From Acidobacteriota bacterium (GTDB lineage: Bacteria > Acidobacteriota > UBA6911 > RPQK01 > CBDAPI01), in the NCBI GenBank assembly GCA_965214465.1, contig CBDCBX010000021.1:835843-899842 (forward strand): a stretch of DNA of 64,000 nucleotides. The letters are read 5' to 3'. Position numbers and translations under genes: made by a program. Under the pieces are notes generated by a model that had not been told where the DNA came from, made no database searches, and saw nothing but the letters and a program-made list of their open reading frames with translations. Every line of letters begins with the position of its first letter. Position 1 is the stretch's first letter. This document shows, in pieces, positions 46,104-56,630 of this stretch.

Positions 46104-47462
46104 CTTCACAATTTAGGGGTGTACCGTTCTTTCTGTAATTTGAGGAAGGTGAGCTAAAAGGATCAGAGGTCTGGGGCAGGATTTCTCCAAAAACTCAAGA
46201 CAAGAGCAAGGAGGATCCGAATGACCCCAGACCCAGAACAGAGGCTACCACGAGAATTGTTGAAAGAACTGATCGAAGAAGGCAGCGACGCGTTTCGAGG
46301 AGTGTTGGAGAAACTGCTCAACACCGCCATGCAGATGGAACGCGAAGAGTTTCTGGGAGCTCGACGCTGGGAGCGGAGCGAGCAGCGTCGAGACCACGCC
46401 AACGGGTACAAGGCCAAGACGCTGTCAACTCGAGTGGGACAGCTTCAAATCCGGATTCCACAAGTACGTCACCTGGACTTCTATCCCCGATCCCTGGAGC
46501 GAGGGTGCCGCTCGGAGAAAGCCCTGAAGCTGGCCATCGCCGAGATGTACGTGATGGGCGTGTCGACGCGCAAGGTCACTGAGATTACCGAGCAGCTGTG
46601 CGGCACCGAGATCTCCGCCAGCCAGGTCTCAAGAATCTCCAAGCTGCTGGACGACGAACTCGAGCAGTTTCGCAACCGCCCTTTGGGCAGCTATCCAGTT
46701 GTGTACCTGGATGCCCACTACGAGAAGGTCCGTCGCCAGGGCAGCATTCAGGATGTGGCCGTCTTGAAAGCGACCGGAGTCAACTGCTGGGGCAAGCGGG
46801 AGGTGATTGGGGTCAGCTGCCGACTCAGCGAGGCGGAGGTCCACTGGCGAGAGTTTCTGCAGCAGCTTCAAAAGCGTGGTCTGGAGGGTGTGCAGCTGAT
46901 TGTCAGCGATGACCACTCAGGACTACGAGCTGCCAGAAGAGCTGTCTTTCCTTCAGTGCCCTGGCAACGCTGTCAGTTTCACCTGAGCCAGAATGCTCAG
47001 CGATACGCCCGCCGATCCGACCAACGTGCCGCCATCGCCACTGACATTCGAGACATCTTCAATGCCCCGTCTGGAGGCGAAGCTGAGGCGATGCTTCGGG
47101 CCAGAGTCGAGCAATACTACGACCGCAACCCGGAGCTGGCCGATTGGATGGAGACCAATCTGCCGGAAGGCTTTACGGTCTTTCGTTTTGCACGTTCTAC
47201 CTGGCGGCGCATTCGCACCAACAACGGGCTGGAGAACCTAAACCGTCAGATTCGCCGGCGTACCCGGGTCGTCGGTATCTTTCCAAACACCGAGTCCGCA
47301 CTACGACTCATCACCGCTGTCGTCGAGGAGATTCACGAAGACTGGCTGATCGGGAAACAGTACCTCAGCCTGGTCGATTTCAAACCACAGGAGAATCCGA
47401 TCTCAGATCACTCTCAGTCAAATTACAGAAAAACAGTTGCTTAGCCCACAATTTTGTGAAGG
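46104..47462 (+). mobile_element. IS256-family insertion sequence (~1.36 kb)
   Basis: The imperfect terminal inverted repeats are CTTCACAATTTAGGGG (left) and CCCACAATTTTGTGAAGG (right; reverse complement CCTTCACAAAATTGTGGG). The element contains a single mutator-type transposase gene. No clear 8-bp target duplication is seen. Confidence 0.7.
46221..47444 (+). CDS. IS256-family (mutator-type) transposase
   Basis: The 407-aa product has an IS256 transposase domain (…YLDAHYEKVRRQG…LIVSDDHSGL…CQFH… DDE with K/R spacing, with the typical C-terminal region). Confidence 0.9.
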   Translation: MTPDPEQRLPRELLKELIEEGSDAFRGVLEKLLNTAMQMEREEFLGARRWERSEQRRDHANGYKAKTLSTRVGQLQIRIPQVRHLDFYPRSLERGCRSEKALKLAIAEMYVMGVSTRKVTEITEQLCGTEISASQVSRISKLLDDELEQFRNRPLGSYPVVYLDAHYEKVRRQGSIQDVAVLKATGVNCWGKREVIGVSCRLSEAEVHWREFLQQLQKRGLEGVQLIVSDDHSGLRAARRAVFPSVPWQRCQFHLSQNAQRYARRSDQRAAIATDIRDIFNAPSGGEAEAMLRARVEQYYDRNPELADWMETNLPEGFTVFRFARSTWRRIRTNNGLENLNRQIRRRTRVVGIFPNTESALRLITAVVEEIHEDWLIGKQYLSLVDFKPQENPISDHSQSNYRKTVA

Positions 47463-47498
47463 CATCGCTCGGGAGGCCCAGCGGCCGGGAGATATTCT

Positions 47499-48134
47499 AT
47501 GCGCATTCGTCGCTTCCTCGGCGTACTGGCTTTCCTGTTTCTCGTGGCACCCTCCCTCACCCGGGCGACCACTCTGGAAGTCGTCAATCTGGAGAACCTG
47601 GTCCTACACTCGGAAACGATCTTTACGGGCCAGTGCCTGAGTGTTGTCAGTGGTCTGGACGCCAACGGGCTCCCTTACACTCAATACTCGTTTCACGTCA
47701 GCGAAATGTTTCGCGGCGTCCCGGCCGAGCAGGTGACCGTAAAGCAGTTTGGGTATTCCTCCAGCCCGGTTCCGGGGGGCCGGGCCGGCGCTGTCACCCG
47801 CATTGCCGGAATGCCGGAGTACCTGCCCGAGCAGACCTATCTGGTCTTCCTGGGCCCCACAAGCTATCTCGGCTTCTCAGCCCCCATCGGCCTGTTTCAG
47901 GGGGCCTTCTGGATCAACGATGCGAAACAGGCGGTCAACGCTCTCGGCAACCGAAATCTGACCTTTGACCGGTCCCGAGGGGCTGAGCCCTCCTCAGTGT
48001 CGGCAGGTGATTCCGAGCTGGTGCGTGGACCGGTGAGCTACGGACGGTTGAGAACTTTGCTCCAGCAACTGCTGCGGGGCGAAAGGATTCCCCTGGCATC
48101 GATGGCTTCCCGTCTAAAGGGAGCCAGCCGCTGA
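47499..48134 (+). CDS. secreted hypothetical protein (211 aa); a decayed paralogue lies at 43329-43740
   Basis: It has a signal peptide MRIRRFLGVLAFLFLVAPSLTRA. No family was recognised. It lies directly upstream of the metalloprotease gene, as its pseudogene copy lies upstream of the fibre gene. Confidence 0.55.
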   Translation: MRIRRFLGVLAFLFLVAPSLTRATTLEVVNLENLVLHSETIFTGQCLSVVSGLDANGLPYTQYSFHVSEMFRGVPAEQVTVKQFGYSSSPVPGGRAGAVTRIAGMPEYLPEQTYLVFLGPTSYLGFSAPIGLFQGAFWINDAKQAVNALGNRNLTFDRSRGAEPSSVSAGDSELVRGPVSYGRLRTLLQQLLRGERIPLASMASRLKGASR

Positions 48135-48178
48135 AACACGCGACCTTCCTCAGACAACTATTTCTACCGGCCATTTTC

Positions 48179-51100
48179 GTGGCGATTGTGCTGGCGCATG
48201 GGTTACAAGCGGGGAACCCGCTGGAACTCTGGGGACATTCTCCAGGTATCCCCTACCAATGGATTGGAGATCCTCCTACAGTTCTCATCCATCCTGATGC
48301 AGGAGCTCTGGGAATCCTGGATTCCGGGACCGCTTTGTCCAACCTGCTGGCTGCTGCCGAGAACTGGGAGGCCGTCCCTTCTTCCTCTCTGAGGTTTCAG
48401 AACGGAGGCTTGATTGAATCGATTCGGGGTCCCGAAGGAGCCGGCGATTTCGCTGTGTCCAATATCTTCGACTTCTTTGGAGTCGACAACGGTGGCGTGA
48501 CACCCATCGTCTTTGACAACGAAGATGTGGACCGGAATGGAAACGGAGATATTTTTGACGCCCTGGGACTTTTCGGCGTGCGTGGCACCGCCGGTCCGGA
48601 GTTCGCCGACGGAACGCGAATTACGGAGGGCTACGTGCTTATCAACAGAGCGGCGGTCAGACCTGGCGACGACGACGGACTGTCCGTTCGGAGGACCCTC
48701 GTCCATGAGCTTGGGCACCTGATCAACCTGGGGCACTCAGTGGTCAACGGGCAGGCCTGGCACTTCGGGGGGGCTGACGCCGTGACGCCCGACGGCATTC
48801 CTTTCATCGTCGGTGCGAAACACGTGGAAATCATGTACCCCTTCACTGTTGCTGCGGGCCGAATCCAGCGAGCCCGCTTCGATTTGTGGGTCCTCATCAT
48901 TCTGGGACCCACTCAAATCCGTCTGGTACTCCTATACCAACACAACCGGTTCACTGCAGCATCTTTCCACAGATACCCAGGGAAGTAACTATGAAACGGT
49001 TCTGCAGGCGTACCGGGGGAGCTGTGAAGAAGCGATTCCTGAAACCTGTAGCCGAGGTTTTAGTGACGGGGCTGCCCGGCTGCCCCTTTCTGCCCAGCCC
49101 GGAGAGACACTTCTCTTCAGAGCCACCACCTGGTCCAGCTTCAACCTCACCGGCGGCGAACTCGTCTTCAACATGGAGACCCTCCGGCCGCCCTCGAACG
49201 ACGACTGTGAGGACGCGATATCGGTGGGGCGCTCGGACCTTCCCTTCATGGATATGGTGGATGCCCGAGGAGCCGGCAATGCACTCTCCGAGCCCGAAAC
49301 GACCTGCGGGTCAACCTCGACACCAGAACAGTCCCACAGTGTCTACTACAGCTTTAAGAACGATTCGACACTTTCCCTGGAAATAGGGCTTTCCACTGCG
49401 GGTAGCCAATACAACACCGTTGTGCAGGTTTACACCGGATCCTGCCTCCTGACGCTTCCCGAAGCCTGCAATTCTAACTTCAGGACTACCGAGGTGACCT
49501 TTTTTGCCCAGCCTGCAGCGACCTATCTGATCAAGGTGAGTTCCTTAGGGACAGCCAATGCCGGCCTCCTGAACTTTTCGGCCCGGGCGGTGGGCGCTGT
49601 CAGGGGCGAGGATGTGGAGCTGCTTGTGTCCAGCCGGCAGCAGAGCGTTCCGGCTCGAAGCAATCTCGATTACATGGTGACAGTCACCAACTTTGGCCTC
49701 GACTCGGCCAGCGGGGTCTCGATCGCCACGACTCTCCCGGAAACGACCCTGCTTTTAGCTGCGGGGGATGGCCCAGTGACGTGCAGCCAGACCACCCCGG
49801 CTTTCATCTGCGAGGTTGGGTCTCTAGACCCGGGTCAAGAGATCCTCTTCCCCGTGTCGGTCTCGCCTCAGGTAGCCGGTCAGACCTCCATTCACGGTGA
49901 GGCCCACTGGGATCAGCGGACCCTCGATCCTCCCAGCACCACCGTGGTCCGGCAAGTTAGTTCTTTCCTCACCATACCAACTTCATTTCCGGTCCAGCCA
50001 GGCCAGGGGATGGCGGCGGACCTTCAGGGAACAGGGTTCCCCTTCGTAGGAGCAGCCCTGGTCAACCTGACAGACCAAGAGGATCACGTGACCCTCGAGG
50101 GATTCGACTCACTGGGAGAGCTCACTTTCCTGGGTGAAGACGCGACGCCTCTGCCGCCAGGAGGTCAGACCACCTTCCTCGTAGAAAACCTGCCCGGGCT
50201 GCCCGACACAACGAGAACGCTACTGGCCCGCGGCGATCAGGGAGAACTGGCCAGCTTTTTCATGATCGGAAACAGTCCCCTCGACCGACTCGACGGCATC
50301 GGTCGTTCTCTTCCCGAAGCTCGGAGACTGTACCTGCCGCTGGCGCGAAGCGGAGCGCACGGCCAGGCCACTCATCTGGACTTCTTTAACCCCTACCCCG
50401 AGGAAAACAACTCCATCTTCAGGCTCTTTGACGGAAGTGGAACCCAGATCGCTGAGGCTCAGCACTCCTTTGCCGCCTGGGGATCGTTGAATATCTCACT
50501 CAAAGAGCTCTTCGATTCTCCCGGTCCGGTCGATGGTTACATCGAGGCAGATGCCCAGCAGATCCTGCGTGGTTTTCAAATCTTCTCCAATCAGGTAGCC
50601 CTTGCCACCGCCGTGGCCTCACCAGTCAACCCGGTCAGCCAACTCTGGTCACCCCACTACTTCCTGGATGACCGAATCGGGGGAGCGACTGAGCTGCGGC
50701 TCATCAACCTGGAATCACGTCGAGTACTCGTCTCTGCCCGGTTTTTCGACGAGCTCGGGAACCCATTGGATCCTATTTCATTCACTATGGAGCCCGGAGA
50801 AGTCTTCTCGGAGGACGTTGCCAGCTTCATGGGCCTCCAGCCGCCAGCTGGTGATCGCCTGACCGGACATCTGCGGCTGGACCTGTCTACTGTGGGTTTC
50901 ATTGGTGAGGGGAGTCCGCGGGTTCGGGTCATCGGCCACATCAATTTCTCGACCAACGACTTCTATTCGTCTCTGCCTCTGATTTCCTTGCCCCGCTCGA
51001 CCACGCGTTTCCTGCAGGTGGCCCAATCGAACACACGGCAACTCTTCACGGGATTGGCTATTCTCAGCGCATCTAACAAGAACCCGAATTCTCCCGACTC

Positions 51101-51338
51101 GCACACGGTGGTCACTCTTCGGGCTGTAGACAACTCCGGCCAGATCAACGCTGAAAGGACTCTCGAGCTGAGGCACGGCGAGAGATTTCTCGGGACGCTG
51201 AGTGAAGATCTCTATTTCGGTGCAGATTTTGAGCAAATAGGTGGACACCTCGAAATCGAGGCTGCCAGCCCGGTCTTCATTTTTGCCTTCCTGGGAGATT
51301 CCGACGCCACCTTTCTCTCCGCTATAGAAGGCCAGTGA
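48179..51338 (+). CDS. large secreted metzincin-type zinc metalloprotease with C-terminal beta-rich (PPC-like) domains; single frameshift near 48885-48900 splits it into ORFs 48179..48988 and 48813..51338
   Basis: HELGHLINLGH (HExxHxxGxxH) plus the Met-turn EIMYP are in the upstream ORF. The downstream ORF continues in the +1 frame with repeated NYETVLQAYRGSC / QYNTVVQVYTGSC pre-peptidase-C-terminal-like domains. Confidence 0.7.
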
Positions 51339-51353
51339 GGCGGGCCCTTTCTT

Positions 51354-52484
51354 CTACTTGAGAGGGTAGCGGGTCAGAACATAGTCCTTGCCAATTGCGT
51401 GACACCCGAAGCACAGGGGTATTCCGTTCCCGATACCGACCGGCGAAGAGCCGTCTGTAGTGCTGGTCACCTCGTACCAGAACCATCCTTTGCCTCCATC
51501 ACTGTCGGCCTGGGTCTTGAGCATGACGGCCCAGCCCTGCAGGTTTCCATCCGCGTTATACATTTCCTTAACGGTCCCGGAGCCGACCGGATGGGAATCA
51601 TTTGCCGCTTTCATTGAGTTGTCCAGAATTCCGTTGACAAAGACTCGGACGGGCCAGCCCTGTTTGGCGTGGGGACCCGTCGTGGGGTGGTTTTTGGACT
51701 CTCGAGCTGAAAACTGTTTGTACCCGCCCGATGTCAAATACTCGAAGAGTTCGTTCTGCCCGGTCGGAATTCCCCCTGCGACACTCCCCGTCTCTACGGT
51801 GGGCTCCAGAGCAGCTCCAAGCCCACCGCTCATCGCTTCAGCCATTTCCTCAAAGGAGTCGTGGCCTGCTGCCATCTGAGCACCACCGTTCGAAGCCCGG
51901 CTCGCCTTGGCCGCGCGCAAAACCGGATAGTACTGCGTAAACACGAAGTCATCTGCCGCGGACGCGTCATGACACGCGTTGCAGGCGGCCGCCGGAAAGG
52001 CTTCGGCGGTCTCTGCCAGCGGGTAGCTGTGTCCAAAGCTGAAATAGGCCCAGTATCCGGGCTCATTCGGAAAGCGCTGGGAGTCCTTAATGGTCGCTTC
52101 CAGGCCGGTAAACTCTCCCATGAAATAGCCGTTTCCACTAACGGCTGCCTTGGAACCCACGGTGACAAGTTCTTTAATGAGAACGGTTCCATCCCGAAAG
52201 GTCCCGTAGGACCTGTAATGATGGTAATCCCCCGGATGAATGTACACATTGTGAAACTCAGGAAAAGCTGCTTCGGGTGGGTTCAATTCGTTCGGAGTCA
52301 GGGGAGTCCCGACGTAGACCCAGGATCGGTAAAGCTCAGGGTCCGGCCTGAGGAGCCGACCGGACGAGTCAAAGCTCAACTTGGGAGATTGTTCCTGGGC
52401 CGAAGTGAGTTGGGGCCGGAATAATAGACCCGAGAGCAGGATCACAGAACACAACGCGACAAAGACGATTCTGACTCTAGGCAT
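51354..52484 (-). CDS. secreted di-haem c-type cytochrome with cytochrome-P460-like domains
   Basis: It has a signal peptide, two CxxCH motifs (CNACH, CFGCH) and a C-terminal GKGWFWYEV...CFGCHAIGKDYVLTRY resembling the cytochrome P460 family. Confidence 0.6.
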   Translation of the reverse strand: MPRVRIVFVALCSVILLSGLLFRPQLTSAQEQSPKLSFDSSGRLLRPDPELYRSWVYVGTPLTPNELNPPEAAFPEFHNVYIHPGDYHHYRSYGTFRDGTVLIKELVTVGSKAAVSGNGYFMGEFTGLEATIKDSQRFPNEPGYWAYFSFGHSYPLAETAEAFPAAACNACHDASAADDFVFTQYYPVLRAAKASRASNGGAQMAAGHDSFEEMAEAMSGGLGAALEPTVETGSVAGGIPTGQNELFEYLTSGGYKQFSARESKNHPTTGPHAKQGWPVRVFVNGILDNSMKAANDSHPVGSGTVKEMYNADGNLQGWAVMLKTQADSDGGKGWFWYEVTSTTDGSSPVGIGNGIPLCFGCHAIGKDYVLTRYPLK

Positions 52485-52858
52485 CTTTCGTTCCTCTCAA
52501 AAGTTCTTCACCTGGGGACAGGGAAAAAAGCAGACTCCAAAAAGAAGCACCAAACAAGCTCGAAGATTCATTTGGAAAGCCTCCTTCAATCTGCGGCACA
52601 GGTTCGCTCTGTGCCATGGGGTCCTGTAGAGACTATGGGAGAGGCGGAAGTTAGTCAATTGATCGACACCACCGGGTCCGGGATGGCAGACCTGATCCCG
52701 GGTGAAACTCTCAGGGAAGATCCAAAAAGAAGCACCAAACAAGCTGCTGCCACCGTGGTGCAAAGCCGGCCGGGACAGTTTGCGACTTGAACGGCGCGCG
52801 ACAGCGAGCCCGGCTGGAGCACCTAACCGGGCCTGCTTGCTATCCACTACCGCGCCCT

Positions 52859-53353
52859 TTAAAGTCTGGCTAATAGAATGATTAGCAGGGCAGATGCCAG
52901 GCTCGCAAAGGCCGTCCTGATTGAGTTCCACAGGTTCCAACGCGGTTCGAAGTCTCTACGGACTGCTGCTTGCGTTGTTGCATCCATAGCGTCGACATCC
53001 AGAGTTTGCAGTTTCTTATTCAGGGGTACGTTAATCGTGAAAGTCGGCAATTGGACGCCGAGAAGATAGACGAGCGCGGCGAAGATTATGAGCAGACGCC
53101 CAGTTGCATCCAATTGCCCCATGCCAAGTACACCCGAAATCACCAAACCCACAACTGAACCGACCCAGACCAGCATGAAAATCGGCTGACTATTCTGGAT
53201 GACGCGATCCATCACCTGAAAAGCTCGGATAAACTCCCGGTCACTTAAACTTCTTATGCCCGGCATCACCACTACCGCAAAAGCAAACACGAAGCCTGCC
53301 ACCAGGGAGCAAAGAAGTGTGGCCAAGACCAATGCAATCTGAAAGATTCCCAT
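52859..53353 (-). CDS. DUF1772-family (anthrone-oxygenase-like) membrane protein
   Basis: It is a 4-TM protein of 164 aa with DUF1772-type conserved residues (DREFIRAFQVMDRVIQ). Confidence 0.7.
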   Translation of the reverse strand: MGIFQIALVLATLLCSLVAGFVFAFAVVVMPGIRSLSDREFIRAFQVMDRVIQNSQPIFMLVWVGSVVGLVISGVLGMGQLDATGRLLIIFAALVYLLGVQLPTFTINVPLNKKLQTLDVDAMDATTQAAVRRDFEPRWNLWNSIRTAFASLASALLIILLARL

Positions 53354-53621
53354 AATTTATGCTCCATCGCGCGAATCGTGTTTCGTGTTCCTTCTGACCG
53401 AGCCGTCTCCCTTGCTGCCTGCCCCGAGCGAACGGCCCGGTCCAACACAATAGCTTCAGCTTGTTTCAGTCGGAGGAGACCGCCGAATCCGAATATACCG
53501 GCTAATGCCGGGCATGAAGCGCGCCGGTCGGATGAAATCTTGTTGCCAACCTTGTAGGGAACACCTGGCGACGTGTCAAGGAGAGACTACAGTTCAATGT
53601 TCGCTTCAGCCCGGAGCCGGT

Positions 53622-54860
53622 CTAACGCTCCGAGGCGTCATACGCCGTTACGAGCCGGCTCAGCCGGGCGGCCACTTCGGGTTTCTCAGCGATCAGATTG
53701 CGCGACTCTCCCGGGTCGGCCACGAGATCAAAGAGCTCATCGGGAGTCTGGGGAGTCGAGCCGGCAGGCCGAATGTGCAGTTTCCAGCGACCGGCGCGAA
53801 CGGCGGCCACACGGCTTTTCAGGAAGAAGAAAATGGGGTCCCCGGGGCGGCGCCCGGGGCTTCCACGCCTTCCTTCCACCCCCAGAGCATCAAGTAAATG
53901 CCGCCCGTCCAGGCCTTTCGGCTGGCTGCCTCCGGCCAGCAGGAGCAGGGTGGGGAAAAGATCACACATCATTGCCGGAGAGGCAATCTTCCGGTTCCCT
54001 TCAATGTGATCGGGATAGGAAATGATCAGGGGGACTCGTACCCCACCTTCATAGACAGATTTCTTTCCCGCCCTGAGTCCCCCGTTGCTTCCACGCCTCC
54101 ACGATCCGTTGTCGCTGGTGAAGACGACAATGGTTTGTCGGGCCAGCTTCAGGTCGTCCAGGCGCTTCAGGATTCTTCCCACATTCCAGTCCATGTACTC
54201 GACCGAATCGATGTAGGCGCTTCGCCCCGGATTTCTCCAGGCATCGGGCAGGGCCAGGGGCACGTGGGGCGTCTTGAGAGGCAGGTAGAGAAAGAAAGGC
54301 CGGTGGGCATTTCGGTTCAGGAACCCAATTGCTTCATCAGTGAATTCCCTGGTCAAGAAGGGCTGAGTTGGATTGGGGTCAACGATCTCCGCGTTGCGGA
54401 AAAGGCGCAGAGGCACCATGTCATTGCTGTAGGGGATCCCGAAGAACTCGTCAAAACCGTGCCTGGTGGGCAGGAATGAAGGGGCATCCCCCAAATGCCA
54501 CTTGCCGATCGCTGCCGTGACGTAGCCCCGGGTGCGAAGGGCCTCCCCCAGGGTCAGATGCTGATCCGGAAGACCGCTCTCGGCGCCGGGCCGAAATACT
54601 CGAAAAACTCCCGTTCGAGGAGGAAGAAGCCCTGTCAGGAGGGACGCGCGCGAAGGGCTGCAGACCGGAGAAACCGCGTAGAACTGGGTAAAGCTGGATC
54701 CGCGTCGGGCCAAATCATCCAGCACCGGAGTGCGGATGTCCTGGGAGCCCCAGGCCGACAGATCTCCCCACCCAAGGTCATCCGCCAGGATCAAGATCAG
54801 GTTGGGCCTCGGATCCGGGGCCCAGGCTGTCACCAGAGTCAAGAAGAGCAGGATCGTCAT
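53622..54860 (-). CDS. arylsulfatase (formylglycine-dependent sulfatase family), secreted
   Basis: It has a signal peptide and the FGly target motif CSPSRASLLTG. Other family motifs are LILADDLGWGD and GKWHLG. Confidence 0.9.
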   Translation of the reverse strand: MTILLFLTLVTAWAPDPRPNLILILADDLGWGDLSAWGSQDIRTPVLDDLARRGSSFTQFYAVSPVCSPSRASLLTGLLPPRTGVFRVFRPGAESGLPDQHLTLGEALRTRGYVTAAIGKWHLGDAPSFLPTRHGFDEFFGIPYSNDMVPLRLFRNAEIVDPNPTQPFLTREFTDEAIGFLNRNAHRPFFLYLPLKTPHVPLALPDAWRNPGRSAYIDSVEYMDWNVGRILKRLDDLKLARQTIVVFTSDNGSWRRGSNGGLRAGKKSVYEGGVRVPLIISYPDHIEGNRKIASPAMMCDLFPTLLLLAGGSQPKGLDGRHLLDALGVEGRRGSPGRRPGDPIFFFLKSRVAAVRAGRWKLHIRPAGSTPQTPDELFDLVADPGESRNLIAEKPEVAARLSRLVTAYDASER

Positions 54861-55131
54861 CGTACTTGTGAAAGTGAGTACTTGAAATGAAACAAAACAG
54901 GCCTTCCGGAGTCTTACTTACCAGGTAAAGGAAATGACGGTTTTGATTCCCTCGTTGATTGTTTTCTGGTTGCTTCTCGCTGCCCTCATGCTCGGCCTTC
55001 GCCTCACACCCTACCCTGTCAGACGCCGACCAGCCATTTCACCTGACCGCAGGGCAGTTCCTCGGCAGGAGGCTCGGTCTCCTGTGGGTCGTTCAACCCA
55101 GAGCCTGCGTTCTCCCCACGTCTGGTAACCC

Positions 55132-56553
55132 CTAACGCATCCTCTGGAGGCGCTTCCTGTGGAGGGGCAGTGCCATCGCCCTCACCAGGTCGGGAAGCTG
55201 CCTGAGCCTGCCCTGTTTCAATTTTTCCAGGGCGCGACGTCCCCGGTACTCGGTGTGTATTGTCCGGTGAAGCTGGCGATAGAAAGCTGTCGAGAAGGGG
55301 CCGCTATAGAGCATGGCCAGGTCGTTGCTGTCGACCCAGTTTTGCAGAACGCCCAACTCCTCACGGACCGTTTCGTAGAAGCCGGTCCCCGGCAGAGGAT
55401 AGGAAACGGAAATTCCAATGTCGTCGAGCCGACAGTCGCGGATCATCTGGAGAGTTCGCTCGATATCCTCCCAATTCTCGCCCGGGTAACCAAACTGTAG
55501 AAAAAACCCAACCTGGATACCGATCTGCTTCAGGATCCGGGCTGCCGAGTAAGTATCCTCGACAGTGGCACCCTTCTCCATTGCATTCAGGACTTTCTGC
55601 GAACCTGACTCGGCACCGACCCAGACTGACTCACAACCCGCCTGCTTGAGGGCTCGCGCCGTTTCGACCTTGACCAGATCGGAACGCAGAAGGCATTTGA
55701 AGGGCACCTGCAGGCCCCGGGCCGTCACCAGTTTAGAAAAGCTGGAGATCCAGCCGGGCTTCAGGCCAAAAATATCGTCGCAGAACCAGATGTGATCCGG
55801 ACGTACCTGTTGATGAAGCCAGGCGAGCTCCTCGACGACATTTTCCGGAGATCGAGAGTGATACTTCTGTCCATAGATTGGTTTTGCACACCAGTTGCAC
55901 TGGTAGGGACAGCCGCGAGTTGAAACCATATTGACGGAGAAACGACCGTGTCTCTTCCGCCAGATACGTCGGTACCTTTCGACTTCGACCAGATCCCAGG
56001 CCGGAAAGGGCAGGAGGTCGAGATCCCGGAGCAATCCTCTGGAAAGGCCTTCAGAGTCCGGAGTCCGAACGCCGGGGATCTGCTCCGGAGTTGCCTGGCT
56101 GCGTCCCATCAGTGAATCCAGCAGCTCTCCCAGCGTGATTTCTCCCTCTCCGATCAGGATGAAGTCGGCTCCCTGCTCAAAAAAGAGGTCGCTGTGGTCA
56201 GTGGCGTCGGATCCGGATACCAGGACCGTGGCACCCGCGCGCCGGGCCACCTGAATCATCTCGAATGCCGCTTCGCGCATTCGCAGCAGACACATCTTGC
56301 TCAGATAGTTAAAGCTGTCCTCGTAGATCACGGCAAAACGAGGGCGATGTTTTTCCACCGCCCGCTGCCATTCGGCAGGAGAATCGGCCAGCATCGCATC
56401 AAACACGGCGGTCGAGATACCCCGCGAGCGAATGTAGCTGGCCGCATAGAGCGAACCCAGAGGAGGGTAGGGCCGCATCGCATCCCACAGTTTGGGATCG
56501 AAACGCAGGTAGTAAGATTGTCCGACCAGAACCTGTGCTGCCACGAAATCCAT
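55132..56553 (-). CDS. B12-binding radical SAM protein
   Basis: An N-terminal cobalamin-binding domain is followed by a radical-SAM CxxxCxxC cluster motif (RGCPYQCNWCAKP). Confidence 0.85.
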   Translation of the reverse strand: MDFVAAQVLVGQSYYLRFDPKLWDAMRPYPPLGSLYAASYIRSRGISTAVFDAMLADSPAEWQRAVEKHRPRFAVIYEDSFNYLSKMCLLRMREAAFEMIQVARRAGATVLVSGSDATDHSDLFFEQGADFILIGEGEITLGELLDSLMGRSQATPEQIPGVRTPDSEGLSRGLLRDLDLLPFPAWDLVEVERYRRIWRKRHGRFSVNMVSTRGCPYQCNWCAKPIYGQKYHSRSPENVVEELAWLHQQVRPDHIWFCDDIFGLKPGWISSFSKLVTARGLQVPFKCLLRSDLVKVETARALKQAGCESVWVGAESGSQKVLNAMEKGATVEDTYSAARILKQIGIQVGFFLQFGYPGENWEDIERTLQMIRDCRLDDIGISVSYPLPGTGFYETVREELGVLQNWVDSNDLAMLYSGPFSTAFYRQLHRTIHTEYRGRRALEKLKQGRLRQLPDLVRAMALPLHRKRLQRMR

Positions 56554-56630
56554 CCTTTTCTAACCCTCTTCAGAGTTTACTAGAAGTAGGCGGAGGAAAC
56601 ATGCGGGCGCGTGTGCTATAAATCTGTGCC

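Noticed and set aside
38000-51400. Intact prophage or integrative-conjugative element
   Set aside because: The fibre/S74 gene, RadC, transposases and lower-GC genes suggest mobile origin. No integrase, relaxase, capsid, terminase or tail genes are present, so the region is better described as a degraded island with IS scars.
54934-55128. 64-aa hydrophobic ORF between the arylsulfatase and radical-SAM genes on the opposite strand
   Set aside because: It has no RBS or start context and lies within the intergenic region of two convergent or tandem minus-strand genes. It is too weak to call.
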